DNA of 32,000 bases from positions 1 to 32,000 of the forward strand of contig JBHLRO010000026.1 in NCBI GenBank assembly GCA_048882505.1, read 5' to 3'. A program made the position numbers and the translations under genes. Each line of letters starts with the position of its first letter. Position 1 is the first letter of the stretch. Positions 8,801 to 18,900 of the stretch are shown one piece after another. The DNA is from Candidatus Thorarchaeota archaeon (GTDB lineage: Archaea > Asgardarchaeota > Heimdallarchaeia > Hodarchaeales > Hodarchaeaceae). The notes under the pieces were generated by a model, which made no database searches, had not been told where the DNA came from, and saw only the letters and a program-made list of their open reading frames with translations.

Positions 8801-10988
8801 TGGCTTCTATGAGGTCTATCGGGACACAACGTCCATCACACTCAATGGAACGTACGAAGATGCGACTGGACAAGGACGCTCATCAACGCTTATTCTTGCC
8901 TATAATTACACGGGTGGATCAAACCCGTACGATCTTACATTGGTAATCTCCAATGCTCAAGGATTCTTTTCCACCACGATTGTCCTCAATAACACAGTCC
9001 CATTAGCAGACCTCACGATTTACGGACGTGATACTGTTACACGGGTTCCCCAAGAGATTCGAATTGGACTGAGTTCCATTCGAGTAATGACAAACGTCAC
9101 ATTTAGTGGTCATTCTCGCAGTGGCACGTTTAATGGGACAGCAGTATATGTTGGGGAAACAGTTAGCGTAACAGGTACCCTTCGTGATGAACAAGGAGCC
9201 GCCATCACTTCACCAGAACTTTCAAATCGTCTACGCCTTATCGGTTGGAATGCTACCAATCAGGTTGAAATAGGTACTCCCGTTATAGGCAGCCCCGCTG
9301 TAGGGGCCTATAGCATGACCTACCAGGTGCCACTGAATTTTCTGGGAGACACCTTGTATATTCGTCTCAACTTGACAATGAGCGCGGCCCTTCTCCATTA
9401 TCGAGCGAATTATTTCGAATTTCCTGTCCCAATCTATAGAAATTTCCAAGTTTCCGGCCTACAGATGTTCTTCCCATCAACTGGCGGTACTATGCCTGTT
9501 ACAAATGACAGTGTGTACCTCATTACAGGCATCCAGAACCGTACATTCTTTATTTCAGGAACCTTACAGGATACCGCCAGTCGGGCCCTTATAAATAAGG
9601 AAATCAACGATAGATTGGGAGCTGCGAGTCAGAGGCGAGCAGTGAGTTCTATCGGGTTCTTTAACATGCAGTACAACTTTGGAGGCTGGAATAACGCTAC
9701 TTTTGGATGGACTCTCTATCACATTAGCGATGCGGGCACCAACCTCACCACTCATTACAATCTCACACTCCAATGGGAAATTTATGACACCGCGAGCCCA
9801 TCTATCACCGTAACGAGTCCAACGGGATTCGACAATACATCTACCATACCAAATGTTCCCAATACACGCATCAATACAACCATCTTCGATCCGGATCCTT
9901 CGACAGGGCCTGGTTTTGTTTCCCTTGGCCTAGATGTGGCTAGTCTCACAATCGAGATTAACACCACTATACCGATTACAGCCCCCATGGTTTCAATGGG
10001 AGGAGATATCTATGTTTACGACTGGGATACTTCGGCAGTTGCGAATGTAGTTTATAATGTTACTATTGTAGCCTCCGATAACGCAGGGAATCAACGGCGG
10101 CTCATCACTTTGGTTGTAGTAGATCTAATCCAACCAACTGCATCAATGACTGTCCCCGTGAGTGGAGGATATGCAACCGTTAACTCACAGGGAAACGTTC
10201 CAGTTACCGGAACAATAACGGATAATCCTTCAGTTGGGGGACGACAGAGCGGAATTAATGAAACCACTGTTACTCTGCGAATCCAAGCTGGCACGACTAC
10301 CGTGACCCTAAATAATACAGAAATTGGGTTCATTCCAGCTTCTGGCAGTTACTCATATGATTGGGTAATCTTTTTCCCCAGTAATCAATCACGGAACCTT
10401 CTGTTCACTACCCCAGATGACTGGACAATAATTCTTGATTTCGACGATCTTGCAGGAAATACTGGTTCTACCCAACAGTCCGTAATCCTAGATAATACAG
10501 ACCCTGCAGTCTCGATTGAACTACCCCCACCGGATATCATCATAAATGAAACAGTGGAAATTGGTATTACCCTATTTGATGGGGAGACTGGTTTGGATAT
10601 AACCACACTCCAGGTTAATCTTATCAACACATTCACCTCACAGGTTACCCTTACGATTGTTGACCCTGAACTCGTTATCACAAACCTAGGGAATGGAAGG
10701 TACAATCTCACTTTTGATATTAGCTCTGTAGCAAACGATGTTTATACATTTAATGTCAGTATCCTTGACATGACAGGAAATTTGGCATCTGCAACTCATC
10801 AAAGCAGAATTGATATCCCCACACCTACCACCCCCACCAGTACCACAACCCCTGTCCCACCTGGTGGCCCGCTTCTAGGCCCAGTGGATCTTATTCAGTT
10901 CATACTCTTCGATCTGGTTGCATTGGGAGCTGGGGTTGGCCTAGCCGTAGTCTACGAGCGATTAAAGGTTGTAAGACGGAGGGAATGA
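5883..10988 (+). CDS. Large membrane-anchored cell-surface glycoprotein with tandem Ig-like domains (1701 aa)
   Basis: N-terminal hydrophobic signal/anchor and many N-x-S/T sequons. About five repeats of VPVNV(T/S)L...T...G...T(T/S)YPT, three C-terminal D..P...D.AGN Ig-like units, a Pro/Thr linker, and a C-terminal TM followed by RLKVVRRRE. Confidence 0.85.
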   Translation: MKKNQCISLFALMIVVIFAISTPIFLNMYSTDRLDPIIPFFLRRYVSPLRKDPPQIRIPDVQTGIISSGATTGPNAPRQPRLEIVNQKPVFFPGDSIRVRNRFSTNEDPTYAVLNLNVSIYLHKQGYSSLTDPNHWFRNETTNFTAPLPTVPISNDPSQGWMDVTFQIPSISELTNYGIASGDNVTIYQYCQPNNTKFLEGLSPITFADNFTLSAFALVGAKGTGFVNNATSDSTFRQGENATAIIRVFAGSDNIPNVSITATLYDSSDTPIANNTSGITYYLTNSSGTSQTYTDGNGELKLTVNTSYPTVPQDSYYFNITADLFGTGYFSRFYDPGTPSVNIEFNSADFNFTVQNEMDTVDLQLISAVPQPLDPPNQNITIVTFRVRALYVYGIPGTYYYPANMPVNVTLNSYPAGVTLSIAKGFTDNGSADWALTNGSGYVAFNITASFPTLYLDDIIKNITGRVNLQNDIAPQYPYHTALSPQPHRFMRNATNGVNASWTEAISIDPDFWVGNIYLASIDTTIIRPGDSAKLTFEVNSTQAPSVDFAGVPVNVTLNVPIAGVSLSSSNSFAYGGYRFTNNTGHYELQIATTYLTTPEVVQSIVLDIIVDFENDSEVRWIGTVNGGTATLTEFNNTWRTAQSSAVTIHPQFTNFSVSLDTTNETGDTTIRSGDGLTLTFKVQEEGGGSVLADVPVNVSLDSAYPGVSLTNIVGLPHPNSGYYNTTGAGTITVELSTTYPTTQKNLDIILKVSADFENDSTSNSVWFVGQKPTGVNFKSNFSFSDLTTTVQVRPQYFTGEIFVPGGTNPNATLVQQEETVRIEFRLRLDYLGTNYASSITGVNVSILINNSKPSDWNMRVLNVTLLESQYQNSLASSVIFYIQTNVTGITPEADYNITATADFLAAKGLTYNVTQSTVPTGKLFGRWVNGSLNNDNSSVTQSFRVENIDRITVHVQSLNDPSHPDEGFNASSGFYEVYRDTTSITLNGTYEDATGQGRSSTLILAYNYTGGSNPYDLTLVISNAQGFFSTTIVLNNTVPLADLTIYGRDTVTRVPQEIRIGLSSIRVMTNVTFSGHSRSGTFNGTAVYVGETVSVTGTLRDEQGAAITSPELSNRLRLIGWNATNQVEIGTPVIGSPAVGAYSMTYQVPLNFLGDTLYIRLNLTMSAALLHYRANYFEFPVPIYRNFQVSGLQMFFPSTGGTMPVTNDSVYLITGIQNRTFFISGTLQDTASRALINKEINDRLGAASQRRAVSSIGFFNMQYNFGGWNNATFGWTLYHISDAGTNLTTHYNLTLQWEIYDTASPSITVTSPTGFDNTSTIPNVPNTRINTTIFDPDPSTGPGFVSLGLDVASLTIEINTTIPITAPMVSMGGDIYVYDWDTSAVANVVYNVTIVASDNAGNQRRLITLVVVDLIQPTASMTVPVSGGYATVNSQGNVPVTGTITDNPSVGGRQSGINETTVTLRIQAGTTTVTLNNTEIGFIPASGSYSYDWVIFFPSNQSRNLLFTTPDDWTIILDFDDLAGNTGSTQQSVILDNTDPAVSIELPPPDIIINETVEIGITLFDGETGLDITTLQVNLINTFTSQVTLTIVDPELVITNLGNGRYNLTFDISSVANDVYTFNVSILDMTGNLASATHQSRIDIPTPTTPTSTTTPVPPGGPLLGPVDLIQFILFDLVALGAGVGLAVVYERLKVVRRRE

Positions 10989-11121
10989 AATCTCCTGAAT
11001 TGGAACCCTTGATAAAACAGAATGGAAAGAAAGATAAAAGAACAGAAAAATGGATAATGTATTAAAACAGAAATCCATAAGGTTTGACTGATAGATCGAA
11101 ATTAAGGACCTGTGACAGATT

Positions 11122-11637
11122 ATGAATGGAAGCAATTTCTTTGGTCAATTTATCACCCCTGGACAAGATCTGCTCCTCGCTATTGCGATTATTGTTGCGC
11201 TTGTAATTGGATTCTTGGTATATACTTTTAGATCTCAGATTATTGATCGACTTGGAGTTGGATCAGCCAAGAAAACTGTTATCGAACAGGATATTGAACA
11301 ACAACTTGTACAGATTCGGCAGCTGGCCAGACAACAAATGTTTCGTGAGGCTTCTGTTCTCATGTGGCAGACGATGACCACCGCTGCGGAAGGTTTTCTT
11401 GGAGTACATCGGAGTCCCAACGAGACGGCTCGCCAACTTGGGGTCAAGCTCATGAATCGAGGTGATGTGGATCCCGGTGCCATCAATGCTATTGTTATCG
11501 CATTTGAAAAAGCTCGGTATGGACAAACCCCACTGACCAACCAAGAATTCAAAGATGGCCTTTCTGGGCTTCACCAATTTCTTCAAATGGCAACCTCAGT
11601 CGCGGAAATCATGGAAGGCGCAGAGGAAGTTGCATAA
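11122..11637 (+). CDS. DUF4129-domain membrane protein
   Basis: One N-terminal TM, then SPNETARQL...AFEKARYG, typical of DUF4129. Confidence 0.8.
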   Translation: MNGSNFFGQFITPGQDLLLAIAIIVALVIGFLVYTFRSQIIDRLGVGSAKKTVIEQDIEQQLVQIRQLARQQMFREASVLMWQTMTTAAEGFLGVHRSPNETARQLGVKLMNRGDVDPGAINAIVIAFEKARYGQTPLTNQEFKDGLSGLHQFLQMATSVAEIMEGAEEVA

Positions 11638-11738
11638 AGAAGGAAAAATCCCGATTGATTACCAATAGCTTAGAACCGAACTACGTGAAATCTTCAACAA
11701 AGTATAGATATCTCGAATCTTGCTGAACGGGCTTAGAT

Positions 11739-13502
11739 ATGGTAGAAATCAACCGTAGTACCAGCGCCTTGGTTGTTTTGGCCATTTTTATCAGCTATCC
11801 TTTTTTGGCAGCCGTCTTCTTGGGCTTTTTTTTCGCTGGGAACACTACGAACTTTAGTATATACAATACGGGTGCATTTGGTGCCAGTGAATTTATGCAA
11901 CGATTTGCTGACCATTCAAATGAGGGTCAAATTTCCACAATAGTCGGGAGTTCAAATATTCTGAATAGATTAAATGCTTCCGAGATGAACGACAGCCAAG
12001 GCAGCCTCATCATTCTTGGACCCGCTATTCATTATGATTTTTCAGAAGCACTTGCAATCCTCATTTACGCCATTAATGGGGGCAGAGTGTTGATTGCCGA
12101 TGATTTCGGAACAGCTAATGACATTCTAGGTGTCCTTTCCATATTCCTTGGGTTTATGTCAGAAATCGATCTAGGTTCATCCCTGGGATTTGGTGGTTCT
12201 GAAGGTCTCAACTTATTGGGTATGAATTCCTCCACTGGCGGAGGGGGATTAAGTGGGAGTGGAACGAACAGCACAACAGGCGAAACTGTCAATGCAAGTT
12301 TTAATTTCCCCATTGCAGGGGTTGCGATCAATGGAAGTTTACTCGCTGACCAAGGTAGTTATAATGACACACCACTTACCCCCGTTTTTAGTTTCCCCTC
12401 TTCTGCTACCCAAACTGCTACTCAATACTTACTTCCCGCGCCTTGGGTGACGAGTTTTACAGCTGGGCTTAGTGGTAATGGCATTATTGGGAATTTTGCT
12501 AGTATTATTACCATGAAAGTTCGCTATCCAGATATTAATTCCTCCGGATATCCATCGAATCCCGATTATCTAACCAAATGGGTACCCATGGGCGAATTTC
12601 CTGCTTCAGTCCAGCAGGCGTTTGATAATCAACAATTAGACTCATTAGGTATCGAATTACCTGATATTTCATTTAGCCTGCAAATCGCAGTTTTATATAG
12701 CAGTTCTGAGGCCTGGTTGGAATCAGATCTCGCTGCAGCGAGGCAAAATGTTAATAATATCAACCCAAATCTGAACGAATGGGGTAATCCCAATATTGGT
12801 TTCCCTGTTTTTGTCTATTTTCCTTTTCCACTAGGTGGGCAAATTATATTATGTTCTGATCCCTCTATTTTTATCAATCAGTATGTTGATACAGCAAATT
12901 ATCCTGGAGCAAGTCTTTACGACAATAGTGACTTCACAGACAATGTAGTGGACTTGATAATGCAGGATAGGCCGGGTCAAACCATCATTTTCGATGAAGG
13001 CCACCTGGCTAACGCGCCTTTTGCTCCTATTCTTCCCCTCAGTCTTTACCTGAAGTTCTTAGATATGATTACCATGTTTCCCCTGTTCGCATGGGCTCTC
13101 CCCTTTGTCGCGATCTTTCTATCTCGGCGTTTCATGCCCAAACGCGAACAAGCTAAACCTCTACTCCTAACACGGGTCGAACGGTACTATGGTCGTAGTT
13201 TTTTTGCGGTCAAAATGCGCTGGTTCCTTGAGTACCGTCAATTCTCGAGAGGTTTGGAACTTATATTCCGCCGCTTAAGACGGAACCTGATCCGTCGATA
13301 TAATCCCGAAGAAGAACTCACTCCCGATGTCATAGCGATTTATTTGGAAAACGAATTCGGTCCCGAGCGCTTTGACTATAAATCTACACGGCAAACTCTA
13401 ATCACTATTGAAGAAGTGATTGCTACTCGGGCCCCCATTACCGAAGAAGAATTTCTGAGTCATTATCTCTTTCTGAAAGGAATTGGCGCAGAAATTAGCT
13501 AG
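11739..13502 (+). CDS. DUF4350-domain membrane protein
   Basis: FSIYNTGAFGAS, GRVLIADDFGTAN, ILCSDPSIFINQ, DN..F and IIFDEGH motifs, with TMs on both sides. This is a typical moxR neighbour. Confidence 0.8.
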   Translation: MVEINRSTSALVVLAIFISYPFLAAVFLGFFFAGNTTNFSIYNTGAFGASEFMQRFADHSNEGQISTIVGSSNILNRLNASEMNDSQGSLIILGPAIHYDFSEALAILIYAINGGRVLIADDFGTANDILGVLSIFLGFMSEIDLGSSLGFGGSEGLNLLGMNSSTGGGGLSGSGTNSTTGETVNASFNFPIAGVAINGSLLADQGSYNDTPLTPVFSFPSSATQTATQYLLPAPWVTSFTAGLSGNGIIGNFASIITMKVRYPDINSSGYPSNPDYLTKWVPMGEFPASVQQAFDNQQLDSLGIELPDISFSLQIAVLYSSSEAWLESDLAAARQNVNNINPNLNEWGNPNIGFPVFVYFPFPLGGQIILCSDPSIFINQYVDTANYPGASLYDNSDFTDNVVDLIMQDRPGQTIIFDEGHLANAPFAPILPLSLYLKFLDMITMFPLFAWALPFVAIFLSRRFMPKREQAKPLLLTRVERYYGRSFFAVKMRWFLEYRQFSRGLELIFRRLRRNLIRRYNPEEELTPDVIAIYLENEFGPERFDYKSTRQTLITIEEVIATRAPITEEEFLSHYLFLKGIGAEIS

Positions 13503-13540
13503 TAATAATGGCTCCAATTTATACTGCGAATTTAATCCTA

Positions 13541-14332
13541 TTAGTTTCTCTCCCAGATCAATTCTAAGGAGGGTTTTTCATATTTCTGGGTCGTCGCGTA
13601 TTGTTTACCAAAGGAGGTTAGAGATATTTCTTTTAACTTGCGCGTCCGTGTGGTTCGGATTAAATTTAGCGCTGCCATTCTCGATATTTCGCGCGACAAA
13701 TTCATCATATGTTTCCCTGAGGTTTCCTGACCAAGTTTTGTATTTAGTCCCTTTAAAGAACCGATTTGTCCCGTTGGGAGCCGTGATAGCTCATAAATGA
13801 CTCTCTCATCAATTTCTTTGAACACCACATCCGTAATTGGGATGTCAAAGCTATATTGTTTGGCAAATTCAATGTCCTGCTCAAGTTTTTCCAGGACGGT
13901 TTGGGTGGAAGTTTGTGCTTGAAACCTCTCTCCTGGGAAGCTGAAATGAACAGAAGGGATCTTATATTTCAGGGCAAATAGGTACAGACCGACATTAGCG
14001 GGAATGGGGCCCGCCGAAATATCTACTACAACCTCGTAATAGTGAAAGCGGGTCCTCAAATCAATAGTTTCTAGGGACTTAATCACAGAGATTGGATTTA
14101 TTATATCTACTCTAACCTCCCAAATTCGATCCAATTGCTGAAAAAATCGACGATGACTATCAATGTAGTGAATCACGTCGTTAATTGCAATATTGATATT
14201 CTCGCGTACTTTAGGATTTATATCATAAAAAGATCGCAATAATATGCAGTCTTTGGGTAAATATGAGAGAATTGAAGCTATTATTTTACTTTTATGCAGG
14301 CCCTGACATAATAGTAACAATTTATTGGTCAT
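13541..14332 (-). CDS. CARF-like Rossmann domain + C-terminal winged-HTH transcription regulator (DUF6293/HFX_2341/Csa3-like)
   Basis: VVVDISAGPIPANVGLYLFA resembles the CARF strand-Gly-helix motif. The C-terminal LSREISRMAALNLIRTTRTRKLKEISLTSFG is a wHTH wing pattern. Confidence 0.7.
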   Translation of the reverse strand: MTNKLLLLCQGLHKSKIIASILSYLPKDCILLRSFYDINPKVRENINIAINDVIHYIDSHRRFFQQLDRIWEVRVDIINPISVIKSLETIDLRTRFHYYEVVVDISAGPIPANVGLYLFALKYKIPSVHFSFPGERFQAQTSTQTVLEKLEQDIEFAKQYSFDIPITDVVFKEIDERVIYELSRLPTGQIGSLKGLNTKLGQETSGKHMMNLSREISRMAALNLIRTTRTRKLKEISLTSFGKQYATTQKYEKPSLELIWERN

Positions 14333-14384
14333 CCTTAACCCTACCAGGTAGCAATTTTATCAAGAAGTTCCTACAAACTCCAGC

Positions 14385-14444
14385 ATATATAACTTTTTGA
14401 ACACACAATAAAGTTATAAAAGAAATAAATAACTTAATATTGTG
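14385..14444. promoter_or_regulatory. Divergent promoter region with a palindromic candidate operator
   Basis: TATAACTTT (14388-14396) and AAAGTTATA (14410-14418) form a perfect 9-bp inverted repeat, with a third ATAACTT half-site at 14429-14435. TATA-like TTATAAAA on + (14414-14421) and TTATATAT on - (14392-14385) overlap the repeats. Confidence 0.55.
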
Positions 14445-14632
14445 ATTAAATTTGGAATCAAGAAACCAAGAGGAATCGTTACGAATCTTCTTAGTTTACC
14501 AATTTGCCTGGTGGGGGGAAATTCATAGGGTTGTAACATTAAATTTGAAACAGGAGTAGGAACTTTCATGGATAGGATGATGAAGACAGTAAAAGTTTTG
14601 AAAATTATTGAAATATTAAGGAGGGAGGGTAT

Positions 14633-15949
14633 ATGATAATCGAGGGAAGAGAAAACCCGAATTCAGATCCAGGTAATATCTTATCCGCTTCCTTTCGGGC
14701 GCAAACATTTGTCCAAAATGGGCGTTATTACGACCAAAAGGGGCAATACTCACAAGCGGTGAAGTATTATGGATTGGCCCAAACCAAATTCGCTAATCTA
14801 TTGAAACAATTTCCAAAGGTACCTTTAACCCCCCAATGGGAGTTAGAAATTCGCCTGGCCCACCAACGTATCAACCAACTGAAATCTAAGGCGACACCCC
14901 AAAAACTCCGTTCAAAGGACGACCAACAATATGCCGAGATGAAAGCTCGCGTTCTCTCCTGTCGAGTCAAACCCAACCCGAACCTGACACGACAGGATGT
15001 GATCGGCCTCCATCATATCTGGCGGGAGCTCGAAGACGTCGTTATTGATCCATTGATTTACCCCGAACTCCTCCACACCAATCCGGACTTCCCCCGGACA
15101 ATTCTCCTCAACGGCCCCCCCGGCTGTGGGAAGAGCTTCCTGATGAATGTGTTGGCCGCGGTGGCCCCGATTACGCTCTTTCTGGTCACGCCAGGCCTGA
15201 TCTACCAGAAATGGATGGGAGAAAGCCAAAAAATGGTGCAGGTGTTGTATGAAACAGCCTGGGAGTACGCCCCCTCTGTCATCTTCATCGATGAGTTTGA
15301 CAAACTGTTTAATTCGTCAGTTACCCGTCTTAACGGCGGAACAGAGGCATCCCAGACAGGGATGCAGATCGAAAGCGAGCTCCAACAGTACTTGAGTGGG
15401 ATGCGGACACCTCTCGTCAACCCTACAGTTACAATAGCCGCCACCAACGAACCGTGGCAAATGGATGCCGCCATGCGACGACGCTTTGCTCGCATCCTCT
15501 ATATCGGCCCTCCCGGCTCGTTTACGATCGAACAGCTCATTGTCCGAAACTTTCGCCATACCCAACATGATCTAACCGAAAACCACGTCCAGTGGCTCGC
15601 GAATGAATTAGAGCGGCATTCACCCGCAGAGATTGCAAAAATTTGTTCGATCGCACATATGACGGCCCACAAACAAGCGCGAGACCAGGGATTTACTGAG
15701 GTGGTGAGTCTCAAGGATATGTTCGATGCCATCCCCACTGTGGCGCCTGCTCTGGAGCTCTGGGCTGAACATAGTACAAGGTATAAATCGAAACTCACTA
15801 AATATCGGGAGTGGAACGACCAGTATAGCATTCCTAAGATAGAACACCTGGGTTGGGAGTGGGAGCTGAAACCACGGGAGAAAACACGCAACCCAATTCA
15901 ACTGAAAGTCTTTGACGAATCCCAACCCGTAAAATGGAAGAAGGATTAA
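14633..15949 (+). CDS. Vps4/CdvC-like AAA+ ATPase with an N-terminal MIT domain
   Basis: MIT-like three-helix N-terminus (YDQKGQYSQAVKYY...RINQLK), Walker A GPPGCGKS, pore loop KWMGESQK, Walker B IFIDEFD, ATNEPWQMD, Arg fingers MRRRF, and a Vps4_C-like terminal helix. Confidence 0.85.
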   Translation: MIIEGRENPNSDPGNILSASFRAQTFVQNGRYYDQKGQYSQAVKYYGLAQTKFANLLKQFPKVPLTPQWELEIRLAHQRINQLKSKATPQKLRSKDDQQYAEMKARVLSCRVKPNPNLTRQDVIGLHHIWRELEDVVIDPLIYPELLHTNPDFPRTILLNGPPGCGKSFLMNVLAAVAPITLFLVTPGLIYQKWMGESQKMVQVLYETAWEYAPSVIFIDEFDKLFNSSVTRLNGGTEASQTGMQIESELQQYLSGMRTPLVNPTVTIAATNEPWQMDAAMRRRFARILYIGPPGSFTIEQLIVRNFRHTQHDLTENHVQWLANELERHSPAEIAKICSIAHMTAHKQARDQGFTEVVSLKDMFDAIPTVAPALELWAEHSTRYKSKLTKYREWNDQYSIPKIEHLGWEWELKPREKTRNPIQLKVFDESQPVKWKKD

Positions 15950-18900
15950 TGGAGCAGGAGGAGGCGCCTCAGGCCCAAGAAGAAGAGGAGCAGATTACCG
16001 AGGCTGTGGAGGAACAAGAAGAAAGCTGTGATCTAGACGGTCAAGACATCGAGGATCTCATTCAACAGATGGAAGCAGAACCCGAGGATCCCGACCCAGA
16101 AACAGAGGAAGACGTAGATCAAGAGGATACTCTAGATGATGTAGGCGACCATTTTCAGCAGATCGTTGAGGATGATATTGCTAGTGACACGCTGTCCAAG
16201 GATGAGATTCTCGAGGATCTCCCCTTTGAATTTCCGCTCGCGTTTGATTATGAACCTGAGAATGAGACCATTGAATTCCTGGAAAGTGAAACATCCTCGA
16301 TTCAAGAGGCCGAGCTGAATCGGGCCGAGGCCGTAGCGGAAGAGGAACATCTCGAAAAACTCCACCAATGGTTTGACCAACTTGTCCACCACGGCACTTC
16401 GGACTTAGAAGACCACGAAGATGTATATGAGCGAGATGAGGTGGGAGCGAGTACGTTGGAAGAAATCCAGGGTGTCATTGGGGAGGGGGAGATCCAGATC
16501 CAAGACTTAGCTGAACGGCTCCCTGAGGATATTTTCAGTTTCGAAATGGAGGAAGAACAGATAGATGCTCTCTTTCTGGAGGAACAGGACGTTAGTAGGT
16601 GGATTGAGGAAGAAACAACCCATGTAGCGGACCATCTTACCTTGGAAACACAAACTGAAGAACACCACCCTGAGCTTTCTGAGGAGGAGATAAAGTCAAA
16701 GCTGGAAGAGGTCGCTGAAGAGGTGAAAGATCAGTACGTCCAGGACCTCGATAGCTGGTGTGCGGATCTCCTGCACGAGACACCCGAAGAGAGTCGGGAG
16801 ATTGAGGTTCAAGAACAGGAATGGATAGAAACAACCCCTGATGAGGGAGAACTGGAAGTACTTACCCAAGAAGAGTTAGCTGTAAATGGGAGTGCGAACG
16901 AAGTAGAAATGGATAGTTTTACCCTCGTAGAAGAGGCAGAAGAGGATACACAATCAACAGTTACGACCCCTGAGGGGGGGACGAAGAATAATGAAATGGG
17001 AACGGTAGTTAAGGACATTGAGGAAGAAGAGTTAAGGGGGAATGTGACAGAGAAGGGAGTGGAGAATGCATCAATCACGGAAAATACACAATCCGAACAA
17101 GGACAGAATGTGAATATTGGGGAGGGGATACAAGCAGCTGAGAGTCATCCCATCCAGGAACTCGACAGCTGGTTGGATGAGGTTACCCATCTACTTTCTG
17201 ACGGGAAAGCCTTGGACTTTCTAGAGCAGGATAGTTTCGTGAACATAGATGATCTGGTTCCACTTAGGGAAAATACAACTGATAAGGAGCTAGAAACTCT
17301 AGAATTAAAGAATCAACTACCTATGTCTATTCCTGAGGATATTCTTCCATTAGATGACCTACAAGTGGACTCAGAATTCCTCACTTCCACGCTTTTTCAC
17401 ACTGGATCTACAGGCCTGGATTCAGAGTATAACGAAGAGATCGCTCCATTCGCCCCATTATCCGAGATAGCTACAGAAATCCAGCAAAGGGAACAGTACC
17501 TTGATGTAATAATGGGGCCCCACTTCCTCGAAGAGGTACACACCCAGATCGAAGTACAAACACTTGAACAACTCGAGACCAAGGCCGACCAGGTTCTAAA
17601 AACCCAGGAAGAAGGCCTCCAACTCCAACGTCAGGTGCCGACTCTTCCTGAACCCCCTCCCTACGATTTTCAGGCCGAATTGGAGGCCTGGGAAGAAGAG
17701 GAAGCCCTTCAAGCCAAGTACACCGGCCCCCCTATCTATCGGTTCGCTAGCCATACTCAGGAAGGACGTTCAAAAAACTTAAAGGCCTCGTCCGACACTT
17801 CCCAAATACAGAAAACCCAGGAAAAACAATCTAACAGAGAACCGAGGTCTAATTCTGGCAGGTCACTAGAGGAAGCTAAATACATTAAATTGACAGCATC
17901 TCGTGATTTGGCAACTCAATCCCTTTTTAATAAAGAGAAATCAATAGACAGCAAATATATGGTAGGATTGCCAAAAAGCGGAACTCAAGTGGAAAGAGGA
18001 AATGACCAGATGGGGACTTGTCAAACTTTTGAAAGGGATTTTAAGTATATCAAAGAATATTTCGGATCTCTCAAATCTCCTTTAGAAGGCTTTAAGTATT
18101 GGATTAGGTTTGAACAAGATCTTAAAATAGGTTCGATGAAGCAACCGTATTATTACAGTCTGTTAATCAAGCCCGATAAGAACATTCCCGATGTGGTTCA
18201 TGAAAAACGGATCTATATCCAAAACCGGTCATCCTTTTTTAAAAACGGCTGGGATGCAAGAAATTTTTACCAGCATTCGACCCGAAATGAAGCAGTCTCT
18301 TCCTTCCAGAAGATTGTTATGGAAAGAATTGACAAATGGCTAAATATATCTCCGTGGACAGCTGTAAAAATCCGTCATTCGATATACGAACAATTTTACG
18401 AAAAAAAGCCCGCATTTTCGGAAATAAGGAAGAAAATTACAACAACAAAGAGTAAAAAGAAACCTTCTCTTTTTATCGCTAAGTTTAATTTAGAAAATTC
18501 CCAACCCTTATGGATAAAAGCATTTAACGAATATATGAATAAGTTAAAAAATAAAGAGTCATTTCTGCAAGATTTAAAAATACGTTATCCTGACGTGTAT
18601 CAATATTATACCTCAGAAGAGAACACCCGCAATTTATCCCAAATTTTGGCCAATAAATCCCGATTCCTTGATTCTGAGGAAAAAAAACTGGCTAAACAAA
18701 TCGTTTTAGATGTGAATACGAGAAAGGAGGATACAGCAAAGGCCAAGCGGTTTATTGAAGAAATAAACCATGCAATAGTAGAGGGTAACCTAAATGTCTC
18801 AGACCAAAAGATACTTGAAAATTTAAGTATGATAAGGAAACTAGAATCGTTTAAAGATATTGGATTTGTGTACAACGGAAATAACTGGGTTACAGTCTAT

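Noticed and set aside
13541-14332. CRISPR-Cas or CBASS locus implied by the CARF-like domain
   Set aside because: No repeat-spacer array, cas gene or cyclase is visible in the window.
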